Below are positions 38,977 through 49,509 of a stretch of 64,000 nt of DNA, one piece after another. A model generated the notes under the pieces. The model was not told the origin of the DNA. It saw nothing but the letters and a program-made list of their open reading frames with translations, and did not search any database. The DNA is taken from the NCBI GenBank assembly GCA_964400475.1, contig CAYNTH010000001.1, forward strand, positions 73,957 through 137,956, written 5' to 3'. The position numbers and the translations under genes were made by a program. The stretch comes from an uncultured archaeon. Its GTDB lineage: Archaea > Aenigmatarchaeota > Aenigmatarchaeia > CG10238-14 > SCSR01. Every line of letters begins with the position of its first letter. The first letter of the stretch is position 1.

Positions 38977-39498
38977 ATGAATAGTCTCAATAAAGGAATG
39001 TTTAATTTGGAGTATGTTGTAGTTTTGATAATCTTTGTTATTTTTTCCACTTATTTTACTTTTAAAATGTTGGAACAGCGACCACTGTACATAAGAGAGG
39101 TTAAAGAGGAAATATATCGATCACAGAGCTATAGATTTAGTGAGATGATCATCAACGATCCCGGTCATCCTACCGATTGGGATATTTTAGTCGGTACTAT
39201 AGATGAGCCTAGTATCAAGAGGGTAGGTCTATTAAATCATTTTGAAAACAAAACTAATCTTTTATCCGAGGATAAAATATTTGCATTTGAAACACTTTGT
39301 GAAAATAGTGGATATTCGATGGTCAAGAAGCTAGTGGGTGTGGAAGATGATTTTTATATTATGATTATAGATGAAACTAATACTTTTGAAACAATAGAAT
39401 GTAAACCTGAAGAAATCGGGGAGATTAAGTCAAATATACGGAGAAGTGTTGCATTCGATTCCGGAAATTATGGTGAGATAATTGTTCAGATATGGTGA
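38977..39498 (+). CDS. pilin-like protein
   Basis: NKG/MFNLEYVVVLIIF (KG cleavage, E at +5), PG.P.DW motif. Confidence 0.75.
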   Translation: MNSLNKGMFNLEYVVVLIIFVIFSTYFTFKMLEQRPLYIREVKEEIYRSQSYRFSEMIINDPGHPTDWDILVGTIDEPSIKRVGLLNHFENKTNLLSEDKIFAFETLCENSGYSMVKKLVGVEDDFYIMIIDETNTFETIECKPEEIGEIKSNIRRSVAFDSGNYGEIIVQIW

Positions 39499-40810
39499 TA
39501 AGGGAGTTATAAGCACAATAGAACTATCCATTGTTATAGTCCTATTGTTCGTTTCTTTCCGTGTTTTTTTCCCTGAAACTTCATATAACACAAAATGGGA
39601 AGATGCTTATGGCGTACTCAGAGCACGAGACATGATATTGGTCCTAGAGAGGACTGATAATTTACACAGGTACGCCTTTAACCGCACGGAAATGGATTCA
39701 TTTCTCGATACAATAAGTTCGGGCACTAATTTGATTTTTTGGAACAGTGTTACTGGCGGCATTAAGGGTAATTTTAGAATAGCTTGTAATTGCTCTGATC
39801 AAACCGTATCGGATTTAAATAGCTGGTATGATGACATGACTTTGAATAATAGGGAAATTAATGTAACATTCTGTCATTCGTACATAACATCTACGGATTC
39901 ATGTCTACAAAATTCAGATATGTTGCTAATTATGGGCGAATATTCCGACTTGTCTGGTAACGAAAAAATAATAAATGATTATATATCCGAAGGAAATGGT
40001 ATTGTGCAGTCCGTTGATTTCTATGAAGAAACTCAGATAGAATCTGACAATGTTCAAAAAAATATATTTAATTTGGAATGGAATGGTATCGAAATAGAAT
40101 CCCTTGATTATGTAAGTTTTGAACGGGAACCTAGAAATAACGAGGATATAATCTATACAATTCACAAATATTTTTATCATTTACCATTACCAAAGAAATC
40201 GACTGAAACAGATATAATTACAGGTTGCACTGAAAAGGGGTATATTGAGATTAATTCAAATGAATACTCCTTTTGGATATGTAATAACAATACAGTAATT
40301 TTTGATACAGATGATGATAATATTGCTGACACAGAGGTATCTGAGGAGGAATTCTTTGTTTTAGGTGATGAAAATTTTTATTTGAATTATATTCATGGTA
40401 ATTCTAGAATAAGTTTTTCGTTCAGACCAGATTATGAATTTGATGATTTTCTTTCATTTGTTTACCCCGGTGAGGATGTATTGAGAATTGTAAACGTGAC
40501 TCCACGAGACCAGAATTCTGACAAGGTATTGCTTCTCGGCTCTTCATCTTCTGGCGACTTTCCAGCTTGCATAATTAATGAAGTGCATGGTGGTAAAAGT
40601 GCGTGGATTCCCCTCTTGGGTAAAGACGGATATACGGACGATGAAAAAACTTTATTGTTATCACTTATTCTATGGTCTTCTAATAAGGAATCGAATAGAA
40701 TAGATTTATCTCAAATACGATCTGGGTATAAATCATCATATATTAAAGTAGTTAATAGAGATATGTTTGAAATTTATAAATTTAATTTCGGTATAGGGTA
40801 CCCCTTCTGA
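39482..40810 (+). CDS. large pilin-like/minor pilus protein
   Basis: DKG/VISTIELSIVIVLL signal followed by a large acidic extracellular domain. Confidence 0.7.
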   Translation: MFRYGDKGVISTIELSIVIVLLFVSFRVFFPETSYNTKWEDAYGVLRARDMILVLERTDNLHRYAFNRTEMDSFLDTISSGTNLIFWNSVTGGIKGNFRIACNCSDQTVSDLNSWYDDMTLNNREINVTFCHSYITSTDSCLQNSDMLLIMGEYSDLSGNEKIINDYISEGNGIVQSVDFYEETQIESDNVQKNIFNLEWNGIEIESLDYVSFEREPRNNEDIIYTIHKYFYHLPLPKKSTETDIITGCTEKGYIEINSNEYSFWICNNNTVIFDTDDDNIADTEVSEEEFFVLGDENFYLNYIHGNSRISFSFRPDYEFDDFLSFVYPGEDVLRIVNVTPRDQNSDKVLLLGSSSSGDFPACIINEVHGGKSAWIPLLGKDGYTDDEKTLLLSLILWSSNKESNRIDLSQIRSGYKSSYIKVVNRDMFEIYKFNFGIGYPF

Positions 40811-40816
40811 TGGTAT

Positions 40817-42694
40817 TTATTTCAATCTCACTGATTCGAGACAATTTGGAACAGAAGTTTCTATTCTAAATAGCTTGTGTATACTTCTTGCCAGGTCTAT
40901 TGATCTGCTTGGTTCTCCATGAGCAATTAAAACCTTTTTCGGTTTTGAAGGCAATCTATTTATGAAACTGAGTAACTGGTTTCTGTCGCTGTGGCCGGAT
41001 AATCCTTCAACAGTATTTACTTCCATGTTTAATTGTATGGTAGTTGTTCTACCGTTTTTAATATCTATTGGAATTTCTTTCCACCCTTTCTGAATTCTTT
41101 TACCCATAGTACCTTTAGCCTGATATCCTACGAATATCAGACTATTTTTTTCATCTTCTGCCAGCGCCTTAAGATGCTCCATCACAGGCCCACCCACTAA
41201 CATTCCTGAAGTAGATAATATGACACATGGTCCTTCTGTCCAAGCTTTTTCCCTTTCAGATCTCGATGCTATTCTGCGAAATATATCGTTTATGAATGGG
41301 TCCTTATTGTTGAATATTTTTCTCTGTATAGATCTTGACATGTATTCGGGATAAGCTGTAAAAATTCCAGTTGCATCCCATATCATTCCATCAATGAATA
41401 CAGGATATTGGAAATCATTTTGTACTAATATCGCCATCACATCTTGAGATCTTTCTACAGAAAACGTTGGTATCACTACACGCCCACCTCTGTTCATAGT
41501 TTTGTTGATTATCTGCATTAGTTCTGTTTCTGCTTCTCTTCTATGTGGCATTATATTTTTAGAACCACCATATGTTGATTCCAATATTAAGGTTTCTAAT
41601 CTTTGGAAATTTGTGAATGCTGGTTCAAACAAAGTTGTTCTTGCATGTTTCATATCACACGCCCACACTATATTGTGCATTCCTTCTCCGATATGGAGAT
41701 GTATTAATGAGGATCCCAAAATGTGTCCAGCATTTTGTAAAGTTAATCTTACATCAGGTGCTATATCAGAAACTTCACCATAATCTAAGGATATGGAATG
41801 TTTTACAGCCTCTTTTACGCTTTTTGCCGTGTATAATGGGTCTGTTCCATTTCGTTGACATACATCGATGTAGTCCAGACACAATAACGCAAACAAATCT
41901 ACGGTAGGTGTTGTACAGTATAATGGACCATCATAACCATATTCGTACAAATAAGGTACCATTCCACAGTGATCTAGATGTGCGTGTGAAATTACTACAG
42001 CATCCAATTCGTTAGGGTCAAATTCCTTTGCATGGAGATATGGATATCTATCCATATCTTGACCACCTAAATTGATTCCACAGTCTACTAACACCTTTGA
42101 TTTCGGTGTTTCGACTAACATACATGATCTTCCAACTTCTCTGAATCCGCCCAGCGCTATTACTCGAATCCAGTCTCTGTTGGTTTCTTTCTTTTCGAAT
42201 ATGTTCTCTCCTATCCTATTTAGAAATTTCTTTCGGAATTTTACTTCAGTATGTAGGACTTTTCTAATACCCTCTATTATTTCCGATTTGATTGATGGCA
42301 CGCGTTCTATTCGGGGGACCCATAGTGTTTCTTTCCGTATTTTTTTGAATGTTTCCCCACCACGACCTATGACCAGTCCTGGTTTTTCCGCAGCGATTAC
42401 TACCAAACTCCGTTCAGATTCAAAATAAATATTTTTAATTTTTGCATCTTTCGGTACAATGTCCATTATGATTTTTTCCGCTGCGTCTTCGTCAACAGTC
42501 AACGATCCTTCGGGTCTTACTTCTATCCTTTTCTTCATTTCACTTACTATCTGTTTGATTATATTTTCGTGATTTTTGAAAAATTCTTCGCTTTTGGTAT
42601 AAACTATTATTTCAGAGCCTTCTAGCTCAATCCTACTTATTACTTCCTTAGGTAAAAAATTCTTAACTTTCTCTAATATTTCCATAATATTCAC
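40817..42694 (-). CDS. fttA: beta-CASP ribonuclease aCPSF1 (FttA, KH + MBL)
   Basis: KPGLVIGRGG KH motif, LGGFREVGRS, SHAHLDH, AGHILGS, ESTYG, SGHSD. Confidence 0.95.
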   Translation of the reverse strand: MNIMEILEKVKNFLPKEVISRIELEGSEIIVYTKSEEFFKNHENIIKQIVSEMKKRIEVRPEGSLTVDEDAAEKIIMDIVPKDAKIKNIYFESERSLVVIAAEKPGLVIGRGGETFKKIRKETLWVPRIERVPSIKSEIIEGIRKVLHTEVKFRKKFLNRIGENIFEKKETNRDWIRVIALGGFREVGRSCMLVETPKSKVLVDCGINLGGQDMDRYPYLHAKEFDPNELDAVVISHAHLDHCGMVPYLYEYGYDGPLYCTTPTVDLFALLCLDYIDVCQRNGTDPLYTAKSVKEAVKHSISLDYGEVSDIAPDVRLTLQNAGHILGSSLIHLHIGEGMHNIVWACDMKHARTTLFEPAFTNFQRLETLILESTYGGSKNIMPHRREAETELMQIINKTMNRGGRVVIPTFSVERSQDVMAILVQNDFQYPVFIDGMIWDATGIFTAYPEYMSRSIQRKIFNNKDPFINDIFRRIASRSEREKAWTEGPCVILSTSGMLVGGPVMEHLKALAEDEKNSLIFVGYQAKGTMGKRIQKGWKEIPIDIKNGRTTTIQLNMEVNTVEGLSGHSDRNQLLSFINRLPSKPKKVLIAHGEPSRSIDLARSIHKLFRIETSVPNCLESVRLK

Positions 42695-42773
42695 ATGTTA
42701 TTTACTAAGCACTTTCCTGTTAATTGTAAAAATGATATTCGATAATGTATCATTATCTATGCTTCGATTACTT

Positions 42774-43409
42774 TCACTCAGGTTTCATTGGGTATTCTTT
42801 CCTTTCCAACCCATCTTCGGTTATTTTGATTATATCTATGCCTTTCCCACCAGATGCTATATCTCTCTCAACTGCTGCTCTTATTGCTCTTACAGCCAGA
42901 TTCTCGCCATCGGATATTGATAATCCTTCACTATATTTGTCTTCTAGCACACCTAGTGCAAACGGTGATCCAGATCCTGTTGAGAAAAATTTCTTTTCTT
43001 CTTCTATTGCTCCTATAGCATCTAAACTGTAGATATGTCCACCCTTTTTATCTTGACCCGCTATTATCAATTGTACCATATATGGCATGAATGTCCATCT
43101 CCCGTTATGTAATATATTCGCCAGTAAAGTTGTGGCACCCTTTACGGATATCTTTCTTTGATTTTGAATGGAAAATAGCTTCAGCTCCGCTTTCATATAT
43201 CTTACTAGTGTCTGAGCATCTCCGCTTGCACCAGCAATTGTCATTGCTATATGTCCGTCCAATTCATGTATTTTTTCAGTTTCTTTACTAGCTACAAGAT
43301 ATCCCATGGTGGCTTTCTTTTCAGCTGCTAAAACTACGCCATCTTTACATACAATTCCAATAGTAGTTGTTCCAGTTTTTTTTATTTCCGGTTTTTCGAT
43401 TTTTCCCAA
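42774..43409 (-). CDS. psmB: proteasome beta subunit
   Basis: KTG/TTTIG autoprocessing site, TGSGS, RDIASG; conserved linkage to aCPSF1. Confidence 0.95.
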   Translation of the reverse strand: MGKIEKPEIKKTGTTTIGIVCKDGVVLAAEKKATMGYLVASKETEKIHELDGHIAMTIAGASGDAQTLVRYMKAELKLFSIQNQRKISVKGATTLLANILHNGRWTFMPYMVQLIIAGQDKKGGHIYSLDAIGAIEEEKKFFSTGSGSPFALGVLEDKYSEGLSISDGENLAVRAIRAAVERDIASGGKGIDIIKITEDGLERKEYPMKPE

Positions 43410-43512
43410 ATTAATCTCCTTTGTTATTATTCTTTTTTCATCCAGAATCAGATAGAATATTTGGATGATAAATTAAATTATGTTGCGACTTTTAAATACT
43501 TTTTTATTGTAT

Positions 43513-44967
43513 TCAATATTGTTTTGATATATATACTATTTTTTCAGTGTCTTTTTGGCAATGGACGCATTTACCCTTTCTATTTTCATCCTTGCCGAAT
43601 AATTTACCTCTTATGACCCCTCCATCGGTCTTTGCCTGTATATGATCTGAGCATTCTTTGTCACCACACCAGTTGATTCTTACAAATCCTCCTTTACCAT
43701 CCAGGATTTTTTTTAATTCTTTGATATTACTCGCATCATCTATATTTTCATCAAAGAATTTATCCGCCCTTTTGATCAGATTTGATTGGATTTTATCTAA
43801 TGTTGTATTAACTTCATTTTTCAATTTACTCTGTTTGACTTTTTCTTTTTTTTCCGTATCCCTCCTAACAAAAATTACTTGGTCATTCTTGATGTCTTTT
43901 GGACCAATTTCTATTCTTAATGGGACCCCTTTCAGTTCCCATTCATTGAACTTCCACCCAGGTGTATATTCGTCTCTATCATCAATCCTGATTCTGATGC
44001 CATTTAGTTTATTTTTAACTTTTTCAGCTTCTTTTAGTATCTTTTCTCTATTTTTTTCGTTGTATATTGGGATTATGATTGCTTGTACTGGTGCAATTTC
44101 TGGGGGCAATATCAATCCTTTATCATCACCGTGTATACTAATTACCGCTGCGTATATTCTTGATACAGCTGGACCGTAACACGTTGTCCAAACATACTTT
44201 TCATCTCCATTTCGATCTGTGTACTTTATATCAAAAGCCTTTGGAAATTCCTGCTTCAATAGGTGGGTTGATGGCAATTGTAGTGCCTTTCCATCAGGCA
44301 TTATGGTGTCTGCGGCAAATGTGCTAAATGCACCCGGAAATTTGTCGTGATCGGGTCTCTCGAAAAATAGGAACGGTATTCCGAATTTTCCATGCAGTAC
44401 GTTTTCAGTTATAACCATGTCTTCTCTAACTTGTTTTTCCGCATCTTCTTTAGTTTCAAATGCGTTGTGCGATTCTATCCAATGAAATTCCCTGCTTCTT
44501 ATGAAAGGCCTGGTGGATTTTCCTTCATATCTCCAAACTTGACATCTTTGATACAATTTTAGAGGCAAATCTCGCCAACTTCTTATCCATAACGGAAAAA
44601 CACTATATATAGCCGTTTCACTTGTCGGCCGGAGTGCCAATTTTTCCTCTAATTTCTTAGAATCGCTTCCCGCTTCGGTTATCCAGAATACTTCAGCAGA
44701 AAATCCTTCGATGTGTTCAGATTCCTTCTTGAAGTTAGATTCGGGTATGACCGCTGGTAGCCATACAGGCGAATGTCCCTTTTCTTGTAACTCATCTTCT
44801 AAAAAATCATACATGAGTTCCATGGACAACACAGACCAAGGTCTAAATACAATGAATCCCTTTACATTGTACCTTATGTCCGATAATTCGGCTTTGTTTA
44901 TAACTTGTGTATACCACTCCGAGAAATCTTCGGACTTCTTTACTGTTAATCCTTCCTGTTCTGACAT
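43513..44967 (-). CDS. proS: prolyl-tRNA synthetase (archaeal/eukaryotic type)
   Basis: FSEWY, LALRPTSET, RSWRDLP, PFIRSREF.W, HGDDKGL.LPP. Confidence 0.96.
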   Translation of the reverse strand: MSEQEGLTVKKSEDFSEWYTQVINKAELSDIRYNVKGFIVFRPWSVLSMELMYDFLEDELQEKGHSPVWLPAVIPESNFKKESEHIEGFSAEVFWITEAGSDSKKLEEKLALRPTSETAIYSVFPLWIRSWRDLPLKLYQRCQVWRYEGKSTRPFIRSREFHWIESHNAFETKEDAEKQVREDMVITENVLHGKFGIPFLFFERPDHDKFPGAFSTFAADTIMPDGKALQLPSTHLLKQEFPKAFDIKYTDRNGDEKYVWTTCYGPAVSRIYAAVISIHGDDKGLILPPEIAPVQAIIIPIYNEKNREKILKEAEKVKNKLNGIRIRIDDRDEYTPGWKFNEWELKGVPLRIEIGPKDIKNDQVIFVRRDTEKKEKVKQSKLKNEVNTTLDKIQSNLIKRADKFFDENIDDASNIKELKKILDGKGGFVRINWCGDKECSDHIQAKTDGGVIRGKLFGKDENRKGKCVHCQKDTEKIVYISKQY

Positions 44968-45095
44968 CTACGCACCATACAAATAATAAATTTTATATTA
45001 ATATATTGATTTCTTTATATTCAAATCCAACGGAATTGATTATTAGAAAAGACCTTTATTTTTGATTATTGATAGTTATAGAAGAAGTGATTTTA

Positions 45096-46334
45096 ATGAA
45101 AATAGCTGTTCTATCGGACTTTCATTTTGGATATGGTTATAACACCGTGTTGGAGAATGACAGTTTTGACAATTTTAAAGAAGCCATAGAGAAGGCACTC
45201 GATTCCGATTTGATTTTGATAGCTGGCGATATTTTTGACACCAAGTTTCCAAAAACTCCCATATGGTCAAGTGCGATTAGACTTCTAGTCAAACCGATGA
45301 TACAGGAGAACAGCGGGGTTAAATTAATCAGCTGTAGTAAGGAATTGTCGGAGATATCCAAGAGAACTTTAAACCACGTACCAATTGTTGCCCTTCATGG
45401 GAATCATGAATTTCGAGGCAGGACGACTAACACATTGGAAACTCTGGAGAATGCTGGATTATTGATACATTTGCATAAAGATAGTGTAGTTTTTGAAAAG
45501 GACGGTACTAAGATAGCAATTCATGGAATGTCGTGGGTACCTGACAGATATGCAAAAAAGGAGCTCAAAGAATGGAATCCCAGTCCAGTTCCAGGATGCG
45601 TGAATTTAATAATGTTCCATCAGAGCATAAGTCCTTTTGTATATTCTCCTCTGGAAGCACCGAGTTTGTCTGAACAAGATCTTCCCAATGGATTCGATAT
45701 AATTATAGATGGACATCTTCATAATCCTGGGAAAGAGAACATCGGTGGAATTCCGCTACTGTTCCCAGGAAGTACTGTAATAACACAATTCGACAAGGCA
45801 GAATCTAGGAATAAGAAAGGTTTTTATGAAATTATAATTGAAGATGATGGGAAGTTTGATATAAATTTCGTACCCCTTGAGACGACCCGTCCATTCTTCT
45901 TTGAGGACGTTGATATTAATGGAGATTTGAGGGAAAACATTGAAACAAAGTTAGACGAAGTTCTCGATGAATCCGACAATGGTAAGAATCCTCTGGTTAA
46001 ATTGAAGATTAAAGGCAAGGACAGCGAATATCTGGAAAAAGAAATAAAGGCGATTGAACAAAAATATGAAAATCGTGCAATACTTAGATTTGTTAAAGAA
46101 CTTGAGTCTGAAAAGATGAAGGAAAAGGTTGAATTTTTAAGGAATATGAGAGATCAAAAATTGTCAGCCCAGGAAATGGGATTGAAATTATTGCATAAAA
46201 ATTTGGACGAATTGGGGTTTAATTCAACTTTTAGAGTGGACGATGTATTTTCTCTTTTGATGGAAGGTAGATTGGACGATACTCTTGAAAAAATTTCCAA
46301 TAAAGATATAGCAGGTGATGTTGTTGATAAGTAA
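45096..46334 (+). CDS. mre11: Mre11 nuclease
   Basis: SDFHFG, AGDIFD, GNHE, FHQ, GHLH, PGS; directly upstream of Rad50. Confidence 0.9.
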   Translation: MKIAVLSDFHFGYGYNTVLENDSFDNFKEAIEKALDSDLILIAGDIFDTKFPKTPIWSSAIRLLVKPMIQENSGVKLISCSKELSEISKRTLNHVPIVALHGNHEFRGRTTNTLETLENAGLLIHLHKDSVVFEKDGTKIAIHGMSWVPDRYAKKELKEWNPSPVPGCVNLIMFHQSISPFVYSPLEAPSLSEQDLPNGFDIIIDGHLHNPGKENIGGIPLLFPGSTVITQFDKAESRNKKGFYEIIIEDDGKFDINFVPLETTRPFFFEDVDINGDLRENIETKLDEVLDESDNGKNPLVKLKIKGKDSEYLEKEIKAIEQKYENRAILRFVKELESEKMKEKVEFLRNMRDQKLSAQEMGLKLLHKNLDELGFNSTFRVDDVFSLLMEGRLDDTLEKISNKDIAGDVVDK

Positions 46335-48699
46335 GCTGATAATGAATAATTGGAAATCACATGAAGAATCGGAGTTAGAATTCTCTCCTGGCACCAACGG
46401 ACTCATAGGGATAGTCGGTAGTGGAAAAACCAGCGTGTTGGACGCCATTTGTTTCTCATTGTTCGGAACATTCCCTAAATTACAATATCGTAAGATAAAA
46501 TTAGACGATGTGATAATGAAAAAACCGGAGATGAAAGATTATGCTGAGGTCGAAATATTTTTTGTGATGAATGGTAATGAATATTCCGTTAAAAGGATAA
46601 TAGAGCGGGGAAGGGGGACATCCTATTCGGAAATTAAAGAAAATGGTAAAATGTTGGAATCACCAAGCACGACCAATGTCACAAATATAGTTGAAAATAA
46701 GCTTAAGGTGAATTATGAACTCTTCAGCAAAGCAATATATTCTGAGCAGAATTCTGTTGATTATTTCTTGAGACTTGGCAAAGGAGAACGAATGAAAAAA
46801 ATCGACGAGCTTTTAATGATAAACCGATTTGAAAAAACCCGTTCGAATAGTGTTAAGTTAACCAATAAATTGATAGAGCGTAAAGTGGCCAAGCAGGATG
46901 TGTTAGATAAATTGAACATTGATGAGATCAGAAAACAGATAGATGACATTAAAAAATCGATTTCTAATTTAAAGGATGAGCAGGTTAGATATAAGAACGA
47001 ATTGAGCAGTATATCGGAAAAAAGAAAACAGACTGAAAATGAAGTTAACAAGTTAAAGAGATTCAAAGAAAAGTTCGAAAAATTAAAAAGAAGTGAGAAT
47101 GGATTATCGGCTAGTATAGAAACTTTGATGGCAGATATTTCCGAGATTGAAAATAAGTTAAGTGATATGGAACTTGATGGATCCGATATCGAAAATCAAC
47201 TCTCTAAATACGAAAAAAATGTTAAGAATTTTAACAATTTATTGAAGGAAAAGAGGTCAGAATATGATAAAATTAGGGAAGAGTTTACAGAGATTTCTAC
47301 AAAAATTGAATTTATGAAGAACGATAAAATCGATAAGTTAAAATCGGATATCGAAAAAAAAATTGAGATAAACCGCAGGGTTAAATCGATAAAGGACGAC
47401 AATCCTGGCAATTTGGATGAAGTAATATCTGATAAAAAATCCCAACTACATGAATTGATAGCTCATATGGAGTCTGTCAGGGCCAAGGTTGAGAACCTGC
47501 AGGAACAAATTGAGAAAATAGATTCTGTTAAAGGCGAATGTCCCGTTTGCGGTACCAAATTATCTGATGAAAAGAAATCAGAGCTGTTAAATGAGAAAAA
47601 GGAGTTGGTAAATGAATTAAGAGAAAAAATAGCGAAAGCTAAAAGGGACAGGATCCTGAAAGAGGATAATATTAAGGAATTGGAAAAGAAGTGTGATTTA
47701 TTGAACGATTTGATTCGAGAAATATCTGATTTGGACGATGTAAAAAATGAATTTAAAAAGACCAAATCTCTTTTATCGGATTATTCCTCTAAAAAATATG
47801 AGTTCAAATCCTTGATGGAAGAGTTGAGTAAAGATGTTTCCGATTTGAACGAAAAGTTAGATTGCGCTACTAGTAAAAAACAGCGTCTAAGTTTGTTGAA
47901 GTCTCAAGTCGATAGTTACAAAAATAAGAAAGAAAGGATTTCCAGTCTGAAATCAGAGAAAGAAAAAATAGATTCCAAGTTGAATAATATTGCGGATGAA
48001 TTGGATTCTGATAGGTTGGTCAAGAATGATAATCTTTTGAAGGATTTAATTTCCAGAGAAAAAGAACTTGAAATGAGATTGTCTGGATCTAACGATGTTC
48101 TAAATGAAAAAACGGTCAGATTGTCTGAGTACAAGAAGTCGTTGAATTTAGCTGAGAGAGAACGAGAAATAATAGAATCTTTGGATAGGATAATAAAGGA
48201 TTTAAAAATATTCACAAAGGCTCTTAAACAGACTCAACAAGAGCTCAGAAAAGAATTCATTGAGGCGGTCAATTATACGATGAATAAGTTATGGGAAACG
48301 CTATATCCCTATCAAGATTTTATCGGTATACGATTAAACATAGAGAAGGGGGATTATGTATTACAACTCCAAGAGCGTACAACCAAGTGGGTGGATGTTG
48401 AGGGAGCCGCTTCTGGAGGAGAACGTAGTATAGCTTGTTTGGCATTGAGGATGTCATTCGCGATGGTATTGGCCCCACAGTTGAGGTGGTTGGTGTTGGA
48501 CGAACCCACCCATAATTTGGACAGTAAATCTGTTGAAGATCTTTCGCAGACTTTAAGAGAAAGAATAAATGATATAGTTGATCAGGTTTTCGTTATTACT
48601 CACGACGAAAATTTGGAAACAGCGATAACGGGTAATTTATATCGCTTAGAGAGGGATAAAAGTAAGGATGAAGCAACGAAGATAATATCTTTGAATTAA
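46318..48699 (+). CDS. rad50: Rad50 ATPase
   Basis: GSGKTS Walker A, long coiled coil with CPVC zinc hook, SGGE signature, LDEPT Walker B, ITHD. Confidence 0.95.
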   Translation: MLLISKLIMNNWKSHEESELEFSPGTNGLIGIVGSGKTSVLDAICFSLFGTFPKLQYRKIKLDDVIMKKPEMKDYAEVEIFFVMNGNEYSVKRIIERGRGTSYSEIKENGKMLESPSTTNVTNIVENKLKVNYELFSKAIYSEQNSVDYFLRLGKGERMKKIDELLMINRFEKTRSNSVKLTNKLIERKVAKQDVLDKLNIDEIRKQIDDIKKSISNLKDEQVRYKNELSSISEKRKQTENEVNKLKRFKEKFEKLKRSENGLSASIETLMADISEIENKLSDMELDGSDIENQLSKYEKNVKNFNNLLKEKRSEYDKIREEFTEISTKIEFMKNDKIDKLKSDIEKKIEINRRVKSIKDDNPGNLDEVISDKKSQLHELIAHMESVRAKVENLQEQIEKIDSVKGECPVCGTKLSDEKKSELLNEKKELVNELREKIAKAKRDRILKEDNIKELEKKCDLLNDLIREISDLDDVKNEFKKTKSLLSDYSSKKYEFKSLMEELSKDVSDLNEKLDCATSKKQRLSLLKSQVDSYKNKKERISSLKSEKEKIDSKLNNIADELDSDRLVKNDNLLKDLISREKELEMRLSGSNDVLNEKTVRLSEYKKSLNLAEREREIIESLDRIIKDLKIFTKALKQTQQELRKEFIEAVNYTMNKLWETLYPYQDFIGIRLNIEKGDYVLQLQERTTKWVDVEGAASGGERSIACLALRMSFAMVLAPQLRWLVLDEPTHNLDSKSVEDLSQTLRERINDIVDQVFVITHDENLETAITGNLYRLERDKSKDEATKIISLN

Positions 48700-48738
48700 T
48701 TCTTTAATTTTAATCTTTTCATAATATTTGTGATTTAG

Positions 48739-49509
48739 ATGTCGGTTAGATTTATCAAAGACGAACCAGCTCTAGCAATAGAAGATTCCGAGCTTGGTAA
48801 TATTCTGGTAATAGCTGATCTTCATTTAGGATTCGAAAGCGAATTATATCACGATGGAATCGTTATAGCACCCCAATCTGAAAAATTATACAAAATGATA
48901 GTAAATCTGATAGATTCTACAAATTCAGATACTCTTGTTATTTTAGGAGACCTCAAACATAAAATCCCCGGTATTAGCTTTAGGGAAATGACTGAAATAC
49001 CTAAACTGGTCTCCCCATTATCTGAGAAGGTTGATATAATACTCGTTAAGGGCAATCACGATACTGAGTTAAAAAATCTGATACCAGACAACGTTGAAAT
49101 TCATGAATCAGGTGGATTTAAGTTGGGAAAATATGGATTTCTGCATGGACACGCTTGGCCCAATAAAAATGTATTGAAAGCGGATCATCTCTTAACTGCT
49201 CACATACACCCTATTATCGAGTTCGTAGATGACCTTGGGTTTAGAATCGTAGAGAAAATATGGGCAAAAGGAGACGTCAACAAAGACAAATTGCGTGAAA
49301 AATATAAAATAGAAGGCGGTTTTAGATTCGGTAATTTAGAGACTATATTCTTTCCAGTATTTAATCCAATTATTAGCGGTTACCCTTTGAATAGAAGTGG
49401 AAACGACAGATACATAGGGCCGTTATTGAGGAACAAGATAATCGATGCAGACTCTTTAGAAATATATATGCTCGATGGTACATCGCTAGGCAAATTGGCA
49501 AATATTTAA
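48739..49509 (+). CDS. calcineurin-like metallophosphoesterase (COG1407-like)
   Basis: ADLHLG, GDLKH, GNHD, HGH, AHIHP. Confidence 0.88.
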   Translation: MSVRFIKDEPALAIEDSELGNILVIADLHLGFESELYHDGIVIAPQSEKLYKMIVNLIDSTNSDTLVILGDLKHKIPGISFREMTEIPKLVSPLSEKVDIILVKGNHDTELKNLIPDNVEIHESGGFKLGKYGFLHGHAWPNKNVLKADHLLTAHIHPIIEFVDDLGFRIVEKIWAKGDVNKDKLREKYKIEGGFRFGNLETIFFPVFNPIISGYPLNRSGNDRYIGPLLRNKIIDADSLEIYMLDGTSLGKLANI

